Part shown: piece by piece, positions 26,703 to 34,957 of the stretch
How positions within the stretch are numbered: the first letter of the stretch is position 1
Layout: each line of letters begins with the position of its first letter
Source: Candidatus Hodarchaeaceae archaeon
GTDB lineage: Archaea > Hadarchaeota > Hadarchaeia > Hadarchaeales > Hadarchaeaceae
Reading direction: 5' to 3'
Assembly (NCBI GenBank): GCA_030018135.1
Contig: JASEGJ010000011.1
Location: 1 to 36,020 of the forward strand
Length of the DNA: 36,020 nucleotides
Made by a program: the position numbers and the translations under genes
The notes under the pieces: generated by a model
What the model was told of the DNA's origin: nothing
What the model saw: only the letters and a program-made list of their open reading frames with translations
Databases searched by the model: none

Positions 26703-27902
26703 ATGGTTAGCTCTAACTCGAAGTTAGACTACTCCATACGGATGAAGCGAACTTCGCCGTCTATTGATGAATGTTTTAAGGAGATTGATCCCATCGTGGG
26801 CTCAATACTTGACAAGGCGCTCTGTAACAAAGATATCGACGTAAAAGAGGCAACGGAACTGTTTGGGGTTGAAGGACAAGAGCTTTGGCTTCTCGCAGTG
26901 ACAGCGGATGAATTGCGGCACAGGGCTGTGGGGGGTATCGTAACCTATGTGATAAACAGAAACATTAATCACTCGAACATCTGCGTGGGATCCTGCAAGT
27001 TCTGCGCTTTCCGACGCTCGCTAGGGGACCCGGATGCGTACGTGCTCACGCGCGAGCAGATCGCGGCAAAGGTCCGTGAGGCTGTTCGGTTTGGAGCGAC
27101 TGAGGTTTGCGTGCAAGGCGGGCTGCATCCCGACTTTGGACTCGAGGATTATTTGGTGATACTCCGCGCGATCAGGGGTGTGAGCCGGAGTATTCACATC
27201 CACGCCTTTTCCCCAGCCGAGCTCGACCACATCTCGAGGCAGGAGGGGCTGTCGATCGAGGAGGTGATAAAAACGCTTCGCGAAGCTGGATTGAATTCGG
27301 TTCCCGGCACGGCGGCCGAAATCCTCGTCGATCGCGTGCGTGGCATCATCTGCCCGAAGAAGCTGAGCTCGGAGCGATGGATCGGGATAATCAAAGCCTG
27401 CCACCGCTTGGGCTTGCCGACCACTGCGACGATGCTATACGGCCATGTTGAAACACCGCGGGAGCGGGCCAAACACATGGAAATCCTGAGGGAGATCCAG
27501 CGAGAGACACATGGCTTTACAGAATTTGTGCCGCTTTCCTTCATGCCACACAACACACCGCTGCAACGTGGGGGAGTCGTAACCGATGTCTCAACTGGCG
27601 CAGATGACATTCGTGTGCACGCCGTCGCACGCCTGATGCTGACGGGCTACATCGACAACGTCCAAGCATCCTGGGTGAAACTCGGGCCGAAGCTGGCGCA
27701 GGTGATGCTGGGCGCCGGAGCGAACGATCTGTCGGGCACGCTCATGGAGGAGAACATCTCCCGCGCGGCTGGTGCTCAACAGCAATCGATGCTGCCGCGC
27801 CAACTCGAGCGGCTCATCCTTGACATGGGACGAGTGCCTAGGCAGAGAACCACCACGTACGGGACGCCGCCACGCCGGAGTGCATACGCATCGATCGCCT
27901 GA
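26703..27902 (+). CDS. cofH: FO synthase subunit 2 (radical SAM)
   Basis: 'VTYVINRNINHSNICVGSCKFCAF', 'ATEVCVQGGLHP', 'PGTAAEIL', 'TMLYGHVE', 'GFTEFVPL', 'NVQASWVKLG', 'GTLMEENIS'. Start may be ATG 26742. Confidence 0.94.
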   Translation: MVSSNSKLDYSIRMKRTSPSIDECFKEIDPIVGSILDKALCNKDIDVKEATELFGVEGQELWLLAVTADELRHRAVGGIVTYVINRNINHSNICVGSCKFCAFRRSLGDPDAYVLTREQIAAKVREAVRFGATEVCVQGGLHPDFGLEDYLVILRAIRGVSRSIHIHAFSPAELDHISRQEGLSIEEVIKTLREAGLNSVPGTAAEILVDRVRGIICPKKLSSERWIGIIKACHRLGLPTTATMLYGHVETPRERAKHMEILREIQRETHGFTEFVPLSFMPHNTPLQRGGVVTDVSTGADDIRVHAVARLMLTGYIDNVQASWVKLGPKLAQVMLGAGANDLSGTLMEENISRAAGAQQQSMLPRQLERLILDMGRVPRQRTTTYGTPPRRSAYASIA

Positions 27903-27908
27903 CCGCGA

Positions 27909-28838
27909 TCATTTGAATTTTGCGAGTTCCAATATCGTCCGCGCCAGCGCCACCCTATTGATGTGGTCTGGCATAAGTATGTTGGCAAATACCGCCTTTA
28001 TGTTGAGTTCCTCGACCGCCGGCGCGAAATGGTTATCCGTGTTGTCCAGAACAAGCGTGCCGACGAAATCACGATAGAGCTGCGCCACGCCGACCGAACT
28101 CACCTCGTAGCCGAGGCCTTGCATGAGCGCGCCAGCTGGGCCGCTAACCGCACGATCGCCGATGATTGGGCTGACGGCGAGCACCTTCCCGCGATGTCGC
28201 GACAACGTGGCCCGGATCTCCTTGATGGAGAGGATGGGTCCTATGCTCGTTACCGGATTGCTGGGCCCGATCAAAATTGCATCGGCGGCCTCGAGGGCCT
28301 CGATCACGCCGGGAGCGGGTTCAGCGCCCTCCGCGCCCTTAAACGCGACGTCGAGAACTTTATCAGCGGCCCCTCGGACGACCCAAAATTCATGAAACGT
28401 CATCACGCCTGCCTCGGTGTTTATGTATGTGGTCACACGGTCGTCGGACATCGGCATGACGTTCGCTTCGATGCCAAGCTTGCGGCAAAGCAACTTTGTT
28501 GCCTCGGAAAGCGTCTTTCCCTGATTAAAGAGAAGCGCGCGATGAATCTTGATTGCTCGGTCCCTATCGCCTATCATTAGGAGCTCCTCCTCGCCAAGGC
28601 GCTTGAGCATCTCGTGGCAGAAGAAAGTATCGCCTCTTATGCCGTACCAAGTCTCCTCATTGACTATACCGGCGAGAGTGTAGACGACGGTATCGATATC
28701 CGGCGAGATGTAAATGCCCGACATCCCAAAGTCCTCGCCAGTGTTGACGACGATCGAGAGTTCCTTGGGCTCGAGCAGGCGCGAAAGGCCCTGTAGCAGT
28801 TTGGGCGTGCCGGTACCGCCGGAAAGCACCGCGAGCAT
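27909..28838 (-). CDS. cofD: 2-phospho-L-lactate transferase
   Basis: 'LSGGTGTPKLL', 'VNTGED', 'SPDIDTV', 'GDRDRA', 'GPSNPVTSIGPI', 'SGPA'. Confidence 0.95.
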   Translation of the reverse strand: MLAVLSGGTGTPKLLQGLSRLLEPKELSIVVNTGEDFGMSGIYISPDIDTVVYTLAGIVNEETWYGIRGDTFFCHEMLKRLGEEELLMIGDRDRAIKIHRALLFNQGKTLSEATKLLCRKLGIEANVMPMSDDRVTTYINTEAGVMTFHEFWVVRGAADKVLDVAFKGAEGAEPAPGVIEALEAADAILIGPSNPVTSIGPILSIKEIRATLSRHRGKVLAVSPIIGDRAVSGPAGALMQGLGYEVSSVGVAQLYRDFVGTLVLDNTDNHFAPAVEELNIKAVFANILMPDHINRVALARTILELAKFK

Positions 28839-28842
28839 TTTA

Positions 28843-29583
28843 TCACCTGAACAAATCTCGCTCCAAAGGCATCACCAGATCGCGCGCGCTTCCAAAACCT
28901 CGCTCGTAGACTGCACCCTTTATAATAATGACGGGCGTTCCCTCGTTTGCCTCGCCCATTACCGCGACCGCGGTCGCAGCCAACGCATCGGCCGGCGAGG
29001 TGATGGTGGTCTTCAGTTCCTTGCCGTAAAGGTCACGCCTGCCGCGCATGTCAAGCAGTGGTTTAATGCCGGCGACTCCGACCGCGACTCCGACCGCACC
29101 GCACCTGAATGGCCTGCCTTGCGTGTCCGACACGATAACCGCGACATCAACACCAACCGCCCGCTTTATACCATCTCGTATTTGCCTAGCGCTTGCGTCA
29201 GGGTCCTTTGGCAGGAGCGTCACGTGCTCATCCCAAACGTTCGAGTGGTCGACGCCAGCATTTGCGCAGACGAAGCCGTGCTCGGTGCGCGCGATCAAAA
29301 CGTGTTTCAGTCTGACTATTTCCTTGGATTGCTGTAGGATGACTTCAACCTCGCGCGGGTCCTTGTCCAATTGTCCGACAAGTTTCCTCGCGCGCCGACT
29401 GGGCTCTATGGTTCTGAGGTCAACTACCCTACCCTCAGCCTTCGAAACGATACTCTGCGCCACGACCACGACATCCCCGTCCTCCAAGCGCAAGTTTTGT
29501 TCCTCTAAAGCGTGCACGATGAGTTCATCGATGCGATCACCCCTCTTCACCAACGGCAGGCCCTTGAGCGCGATTACCTCCAC
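28843..29583 (-). CDS. cofE: F420-0:L-glutamate ligase
   Basis: 'DGDVVVVAQSIVSKAEG', 'ANAGVDHSN', 'DTQGRPFR', 'MGEANEGTP'. Immediately upstream of cofD. Confidence 0.93.
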   Translation of the reverse strand: MEVIALKGLPLVKRGDRIDELIVHALEEQNLRLEDGDVVVVAQSIVSKAEGRVVDLRTIEPSRRARKLVGQLDKDPREVEVILQQSKEIVRLKHVLIARTEHGFVCANAGVDHSNVWDEHVTLLPKDPDASARQIRDGIKRAVGVDVAVIVSDTQGRPFRCGAVGVAVGVAGIKPLLDMRGRRDLYGKELKTTITSPADALAATAVAVMGEANEGTPVIIIKGAVYERGFGSARDLVMPLERDLFR

Positions 29584-29636
29584 CCCAACACCGTCGGGTA
29601 TTTTAGCATGCCTACCTTAAATCGTGCGGGGTTAAT

Positions 29637-30614
29637 TTGAAGTTCGGCGTCGAGTTTGTGCCCTATAAATCATCGGATGTTTTGGTCGGGCTCGCCAAGC
29701 AGGTTGAGGACGCTGGTTTTAATTACATTTGGGTGTGCGACCACTATCACAACCGCTATGTGCACTCCGTGCTGGCCACGCTTGCCCTCGCAACCAAGCG
29801 CGTGAGGCTTGGTCCGGGAGTCACGAACCCGTATCTTGTCCACCCAGCCGTAACTGCCGCGGCGATCGCCACGCTCGATGAGCTCTCTCGGGGTCGTGCC
29901 GTGTTCGGCATCTCCGCGGGCGACCCGACCTTCCTCGCCACGGTTGGAGTAAAACATCGCAGGCCGATCGTCGCCGTGCGCGAGGCGGTCTACATCGCGC
30001 GAAGGTTGCTGGCTGGTGAGCGGGTGGATTTCTCGGGTGAGGTCTTCACTTGCCGCGGCGCGAAGCTTCGATTCAAGCCAGAGGTAAACGTGCCGATATA
30101 CATCGGGGGTCGCGGACCCAAGATGCTTGAGCTCGCGGGCTCGATCGCGGATGGCGCGTTAATCAACGCGTCGCACCGCGATGACCTGAGGGAATGCGTC
30201 GATTACGTCAGGAGGGGGGCAGAATCATCGAATCGAAAACTGGAGGGGCTGGATGTCGTCGCATACATGGCGACCTCCATCGGCGGAGATGCCGCCAAAG
30301 CTCGAAGGACGGCTAGGACGGTCGTAGCGTTCATAGCATCCTCCGCGCCACCTTGGGCGTTGGAGAGGCACGACATACCCGCGGACGACGTCGATGAAAT
30401 CCGCAAGCACCTTCGCGTCGGGGAGATCCAAAAGGCGGCAGAGGCGGTGAGTGATAGGATGGTAGACGCGTTCGCGGTATGCGGGACGCTGGTCGAGTTC
30501 GAGCGGCACATCAACGACCTCAGCAAGCTCGGCATAACACAGGTGGTCGTCGGCTCCCCCATAGGGCCTGAACCGACCAAGGTGATAGACTCGATAAAAA
30601 AGCTCCTGCGATAA
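29637..30614 (+). CDS. mer: F420-dependent methylene-tetrahydropterin reductase
   Basis: 'MKFGVEFVP', 'DHYHNR', 'LGPGVTNPY', 'GPKMLELAG..ADGALINASH', 'QVVVGSPIGP'. Confidence 0.88.
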   Translation: MKFGVEFVPYKSSDVLVGLAKQVEDAGFNYIWVCDHYHNRYVHSVLATLALATKRVRLGPGVTNPYLVHPAVTAAAIATLDELSRGRAVFGISAGDPTFLATVGVKHRRPIVAVREAVYIARRLLAGERVDFSGEVFTCRGAKLRFKPEVNVPIYIGGRGPKMLELAGSIADGALINASHRDDLRECVDYVRRGAESSNRKLEGLDVVAYMATSIGGDAAKARRTARTVVAFIASSAPPWALERHDIPADDVDEIRKHLRVGEIQKAAEAVSDRMVDAFAVCGTLVEFERHINDLSKLGITQVVVGSPIGPEPTKVIDSIKKLLR

Positions 30615-30616
30615 GC

Positions 30617-31732
30617 TTACTTGGGGCTTTCCTCCGGAGCTGGTGGCAGGAGCCAGGGCGGCAGGGGCTTGCCGATCCTCCTTCGTCGCTCGATCTCGTT
30701 GTTCGCCTCCCGCTTCTTCTTCGTCGCGATCCGCCTGACGGCCTCGACCCCGGGCCCGACATCATCGAGCGGCCGAAGCTCGATGGCCCTCGCCCTCTTG
30801 GCTAAATCGAGCGCTTCAAATCCGGGGGAGGTGCGCAGGAGAATCGTGGAGTAGTTGAGCGGCGATCCAACGGCTCCGACGGAGATGTCCGCTAGCTCCG
30901 CGGCGAAATCGAGGCAGAGCTTGCAGGGAACGTCCACAAATTGCTCCAAAGCATCGACAGCCAACTCGCGCTTGGGCCTGCCCCTGCGATAGATAATGAA
31001 CCTCCCCCGCTTGATGTCGAACTTCGCCACCTCCCTCAACTTGGTCTCCAGTTGCCCCTCGATGACGCGCTTGAAGAACCCCTCGTACGGGAAGGCCTCC
31101 ATGCAGAAGAGCCCGATGCAGAGCTTGATTCTATCCGTGAGGCGATGGACGGCCCGCTCGCTCGACCTCATAGCTCGAAGGGCCTTCATTTGACAGGGCG
31201 TGCCTACCAGCGCCAATCGCTCGCCGGAGTAGAGGTCCACGGCGTCGCGCAGCCCCAGCAGGATTGCGCCTCGGGAGTACTTTGTGCCGCTACACTCCAC
31301 CAGCTCCTCTCGAGTCACCGCGACCTTGGGCACGGGGCGCCACTCGTCATCTCTCCCCATCACCACCGCACCATCGATGAAGCCCGTCTTAAGCAATGCG
31401 GCGAGCAATGCTGTGACCACGCCGCCATCCTGACCATGTGCGGTTATCTCCGGATCTGACGCTCGAGCTGAAAAGGCCCGTTCATAAATACCTAAAACCT
31501 CGCTCGCGGCAGCGCCACGCCCGAAGATTCGAGCTTCCAGCGCGGCTTGGTCGTTGACCTGCGGGCAATGGTAGTAGCAGACGTTGCACAGCTCGCATCG
31601 CGCCTTGAGGACTGGCTTTTCATCCTCCATATGCAGCACGCTATGCGGACATGAAGCCACGCACGCCCCGCAGCCCAAGCAGAGCCCAGGGTTGATGACC
31701 TCCTTCATGAGGTGTGCAAATATCTTGGTCAA
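30617..31732 (-). CDS. F420 hydrogenase/dehydrogenase beta-family protein with N-terminal 2[4Fe-4S] ferredoxin (FpoF/FqoF-like)
   Basis: CLGCGACVASCP and CELCNVCYYHCP, plus FrhB motifs 'GQDGGVVT', 'GTPCQ', 'GLFCME', 'CKLCLDF..ELADISVG'. TTGA overlap with the gcvT stop. Confidence 0.88.
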   Translation of the reverse strand: MTKIFAHLMKEVINPGLCLGCGACVASCPHSVLHMEDEKPVLKARCELCNVCYYHCPQVNDQAALEARIFGRGAAASEVLGIYERAFSARASDPEITAHGQDGGVVTALLAALLKTGFIDGAVVMGRDDEWRPVPKVAVTREELVECSGTKYSRGAILLGLRDAVDLYSGERLALVGTPCQMKALRAMRSSERAVHRLTDRIKLCIGLFCMEAFPYEGFFKRVIEGQLETKLREVAKFDIKRGRFIIYRRGRPKRELAVDALEQFVDVPCKLCLDFAAELADISVGAVGSPLNYSTILLRTSPGFEALDLAKRARAIELRPLDDVGPGVEAVRRIATKKKREANNEIERRRRIGKPLPPWLLPPAPEESPK

Positions 31733-32853
31733 GTCATCCTCCTCGTGAAACCATATTTCTCCGTGTCATAAAACGGCCAGTTCACGACCTCTGCGGCGCG
31801 GGGCTTGCCGTGGATTTCGATTGCCACCCTCGCGCCGGGGGCAATGTCGGGGCTAGCATAACCCATTGCGATGCCTACGTTCAGAAGCGGGGAAATTGTG
31901 CCGGACGTCACGTAGCCAACCTCCTCGCCGTCCTCCAGCACTCTATAGCCCTGGCGCGGCACTCCACGATCGAGCATTCTCATACCTATACGAACTCGCC
32001 TTAAGCCAGTTGCCCTTTGCCTCATCAGAGCTTCACGGCCGATGAACTCGCCTTTCTCAAGCTTAACCGCGTATGATATCTTTGCCTCAAATGGTGTCGT
32101 TTCCTCGTTTAACTCGTGATCGTACAGCACGAAGCCAGCTTCCAAGCGGGTGGTGTCCCTAGCCCCAAGACCGCAAGGCTTGATGCCCACCCCCCTGCCA
32201 GCGCTCAATAATGCATTCCAAAGCCCTTCAGCCCTCGCTGGGTTTGAAGCGGGCTCACCGGTTAGGTACAATTCGAACCCGTCCTCGCCGGTATAGCCGG
32301 TGCGGCTGACCAGCGTCGGTAAGCCAGCGACTTCAATCGAAGTTGCCCTAAAGCGTCCGAGTTGGTCCAGCTCGAATTCTGTAAGCTGTTGCAACACCTG
32401 CTCCGCCCTCGGGCCTTGGAGCGCAAGCATCAGCGTCGTGTCGGTGATGTTTTGAATCTCAACGTCCCCGCTCTCTTGTTGTTTGAACCAACCGTAAATC
32501 TTCTCGATGTTTATCGCATTCGTCACCACCATGTATGCATGTTCTTCGACGCGGTAGATGAAGACATCATCCATAATCCCGCCGCGCTCGTTCAGGACGG
32601 TTGAGTAGTGCGCATCGAACACATTGAGCCTTGAAATGTCGTTGGTCGTCGTACGTTGCAGGAAGCTGCCAGCGTCTTTTTTCCTGACCAAAATCTCGCC
32701 CATGTGGCTGACGTCGAAGAGCCCGACTGCCTCGCGGACCGCCAGATGCTCCTCGACGATGCCGGAGTACCTGAGAGGCATCTCCCAGCCCGCGAATGGC
32801 ACCATCTCGGCGCCGAGCGAGCGGTGAACGCGCGCGAGCTGAAGCTGTTTCAT
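31729..32853 (-). CDS. gcvT: Glycine cleavage system aminomethyltransferase T
   Basis: 'FAGWEMPLRY', 'LFDVSHMGE', 'LALQGP', 'SRTGYTGEDGFE', 'GLGARDTTRLEAG'. Start at ATG 32853. Confidence 0.94.
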   Translation of the reverse strand: MKQLQLARVHRSLGAEMVPFAGWEMPLRYSGIVEEHLAVREAVGLFDVSHMGEILVRKKDAGSFLQRTTTNDISRLNVFDAHYSTVLNERGGIMDDVFIYRVEEHAYMVVTNAINIEKIYGWFKQQESGDVEIQNITDTTLMLALQGPRAEQVLQQLTEFELDQLGRFRATSIEVAGLPTLVSRTGYTGEDGFELYLTGEPASNPARAEGLWNALLSAGRGVGIKPCGLGARDTTRLEAGFVLYDHELNEETTPFEAKISYAVKLEKGEFIGREALMRQRATGLRRVRIGMRMLDRGVPRQGYRVLEDGEEVGYVTSGTISPLLNVGIAMGYASPDIAPGARVAIEIHGKPRAAEVVNWPFYDTEKYGFTRRMT

Positions 32854-32957
32854 GTGCCGACCAAGTCGACGATAGTGGCCGAGCCACCTTAAAACTTTTT
32901 GAAAATCATTCGATAGGTTTAAAACAATCGGCATGCACATTTACCTAGGTGGGTTTT

Positions 32958-33026
32958 TTGCGGAGAAAAAGGTGGAAGCTGAGCAAGGCGGAATGCAAGA
33001 AAAATAGCTGCGTGTGTGCATCGTGA
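32958..33026 (+). CDS. Putative 22-aa Cys-rich peptide (candidate RiPP precursor), absent from the ORF track
   Basis: TTG start preceded by SD-like AGGTGG and TATA TTTAAAA (32918-32924). Translates MRRKRWKLSKAECKKNSCVCAS*. 39 nt separate it from the rSAM/SPASM gene. Confidence 0.45.
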   Translation: MRRKRWKLSKAECKKNSCVCAS

Positions 33027-33065
33027 AGGCTGGAGCACCGAGGCACCTCTTTTTAGGGTATTCCG

Positions 33066-34070
33066 ATGGTTTGGCACGGTCTTTATTCCGTAACTTGGAA
33101 TGTGACGAGCAAGTGCAACTTTTCCTGCGAGCACTGCTACGTGCCATCGTCGGAGCAAAGAGATTTGAGCCATCGAGAAGCAAAAAGGTTGTTGGGCCAA
33201 CTGGCTGACCTCGGCGCGGAGGAGCTTTACATCAGCGGAGGTGAGCCCCTCATGAGGGGGGATCTTTTCGATTTGATAGGACACGCCGCAGACCTCGGAT
33301 TGCGAGTTGCAGCGATTACCAATGGGTGGCATCTGACGAGGGAGAAAGCCCTCCTCTTCAAGAACGGTGGCGTCGACCATGTTTCGGTCAGCGTCGACGG
33401 GATTGGGCGGACTCACGATGAATTCAGAAACAAGACTAGGTCCTTCGAGAGGTGCGTAAGGGCGATAAGGCTGTTGAAGGAGGCGGGCGTAAAAACCTAC
33501 CTCTCGCCGACCTTTTCCAAGCACAACATAGATGAACTCCCAGCCCTATTTTCGCTCGCGCTTGACCTTGGGGTGAACTTTTCGACCAAGGTGATGATTC
33601 CCATGGGTCAGGCGAGGGCCTTAAGCGAATATTGCCTCAGCCCAGATGAGCAAAAAGGGCTCTACGAGTACCTCCGTGCCAAGAAGGCCGAGTTCGATGG
33701 GAAGATCGACATCGTCACCACTTGCAACCCATATTCAGTACTCTTCAGCGGAAAGCGCAAACTAGCCAGCGATAGAATCCGCGGCGGATGCACCGCTGGC
33801 GTCTCCATCCTTTGCATCTCGGCAGACGGAAACATCCTGCCATGCTCTAGGCTGCAGATTGCACTCGGCAATGTGCGCGAGGTTTCGCTCCCTGACATCT
33901 GGTATTCGTCCGAATATTTGGCCATGCTCCGGGACAGGGATAACTTAAGGGGAAAATGTGGCGCGTGCCGCTATAAGAACTGGTGCGGCGGATGCAGGGC
34001 TATGGCCCTCGCGCGGCTTGGCGATCATTTCGCTGAAGACCCGAGCTGTTGGATTGAGGAAGGGGGTTAA
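33066..34070 (+). CDS. Radical SAM enzyme with SPASM domain
   Basis: CNFSCEHC, 'SGGEP', 'TNG', 'VSVDG...HDEFR'. SPASM cysteines 'CTAG..CISADGNILPC..CGACRYKNWCGGCRA..EDPSC'. Confidence 0.92.
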   Translation: MVWHGLYSVTWNVTSKCNFSCEHCYVPSSEQRDLSHREAKRLLGQLADLGAEELYISGGEPLMRGDLFDLIGHAADLGLRVAAITNGWHLTREKALLFKNGGVDHVSVSVDGIGRTHDEFRNKTRSFERCVRAIRLLKEAGVKTYLSPTFSKHNIDELPALFSLALDLGVNFSTKVMIPMGQARALSEYCLSPDEQKGLYEYLRAKKAEFDGKIDIVTTCNPYSVLFSGKRKLASDRIRGGCTAGVSILCISADGNILPCSRLQIALGNVREVSLPDIWYSSEYLAMLRDRDNLRGKCGACRYKNWCGGCRAMALARLGDHFAEDPSCWIEEGG

Positions 34071-34086
34071 CCGAGCGGGACACATC

Positions 34087-34926
34087 ATGAGGCGCGCCGA
34101 TCTCGCTGGCGTGAGAGTTGGCGATGATGGCCCCGTCGTCATAATTGGGGCGCTGAATATCGGGCCAGAATCATTTTACCGGGGCTCCGTCGTGCGAGGC
34201 GAGGGCGAAGTCATCGAGCGCGCAGGGCGCATGCTCGAGGAGGGAGCCAGCATCATAGACATCGGGGCGATGTCTACTGCACCCGGGATCAAGCCCATCT
34301 CTGCTTCTTTAGAAAGGCGAAGGTTGATCCCCGTCATTAAGGCTTTGGCGAAGGAGCTCGATGCACCTATCTCCGTCGACACCCAGCGTGCCATAGTGGC
34401 CGAGGCCGCACTCGAAGCCGGCGCGGGCATGGTAAACGATGTCAGCGGGCTCAAGGCCGACCCGAGGATGGCACGCGTCATCGCCGACTTCAAATGTTCG
34501 GCTGTGCTCATGGCAGCGCGGCAGAGGCCGGGCGATGCCCGAACCGTAGACGAGATCCGGCGCGCGCTGGAAGATAGCCTTCGCATATGCGAGCGCCACG
34601 GCATCGAAGCGCAAAAAATTGCCGTCGACCCAGGCATAGGATTTGGCAAGGGTGCCGAGTGGGACCTCTACATCCTTGCGAATCTCAATCGGTTGAAGGC
34701 GCTGGGGCGGCCGATATGTGTTGCAGTTTCGCGCAAGTTTTTCATCGGACATGTGTTAAACTTACCCGACCCCGCAGACCGGCTGTGGGGCTCGCTGGCC
34801 GCCACGGCGATTGCCGTGCTCAATGGCGCTGATGTCGTTAGGACTCATGATCCAAAGGAGACATCTCACGCCATCCGCGTTGCTGAGGCAGTTCGAAGTG
34901 GCAAAAACCAAAGATTAAAACGTTAG
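34087..34926 (+). CDS. folP: Dihydropteroate synthase (FolP-like pterin-binding enzyme)
   Basis: 'GALNIGPESF', 'IIDIGAMSTAPG', 'ISVDT', 'NDVSG', 'DPGIGFGK', 'SRK', 'VRTHD'. Start at ATG 34087. Confidence 0.9.
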   Translation: MRRADLAGVRVGDDGPVVIIGALNIGPESFYRGSVVRGEGEVIERAGRMLEEGASIIDIGAMSTAPGIKPISASLERRRLIPVIKALAKELDAPISVDTQRAIVAEAALEAGAGMVNDVSGLKADPRMARVIADFKCSAVLMAARQRPGDARTVDEIRRALEDSLRICERHGIEAQKIAVDPGIGFGKGAEWDLYILANLNRLKALGRPICVAVSRKFFIGHVLNLPDPADRLWGSLAATAIAVLNGADVVRTHDPKETSHAIRVAEAVRSGKNQRLKR

Positions 34927-34957
34927 GCGGGTGAGCAAAGGCTAGGAGGGTGGCTGA

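Noticed and set aside
25735-26745. BHB intron or intein in a fused cofG-cofH (fbiC-like) gene
   Set aside because: cofG has its own stop, there are no intein N-terminal Cys/Ser or C-terminal His-Asn motifs, and I could not build a strict bulge-helix-bulge from the flanks.
32933-33007. Alternative 24-aa ORF MHIYLGGFFAEKKVEAEQGGMQEK
   Set aside because: Its ATG is only about 8 nt after the TATA box, upstream of the expected transcription start. The TTG frame has a proper SD.
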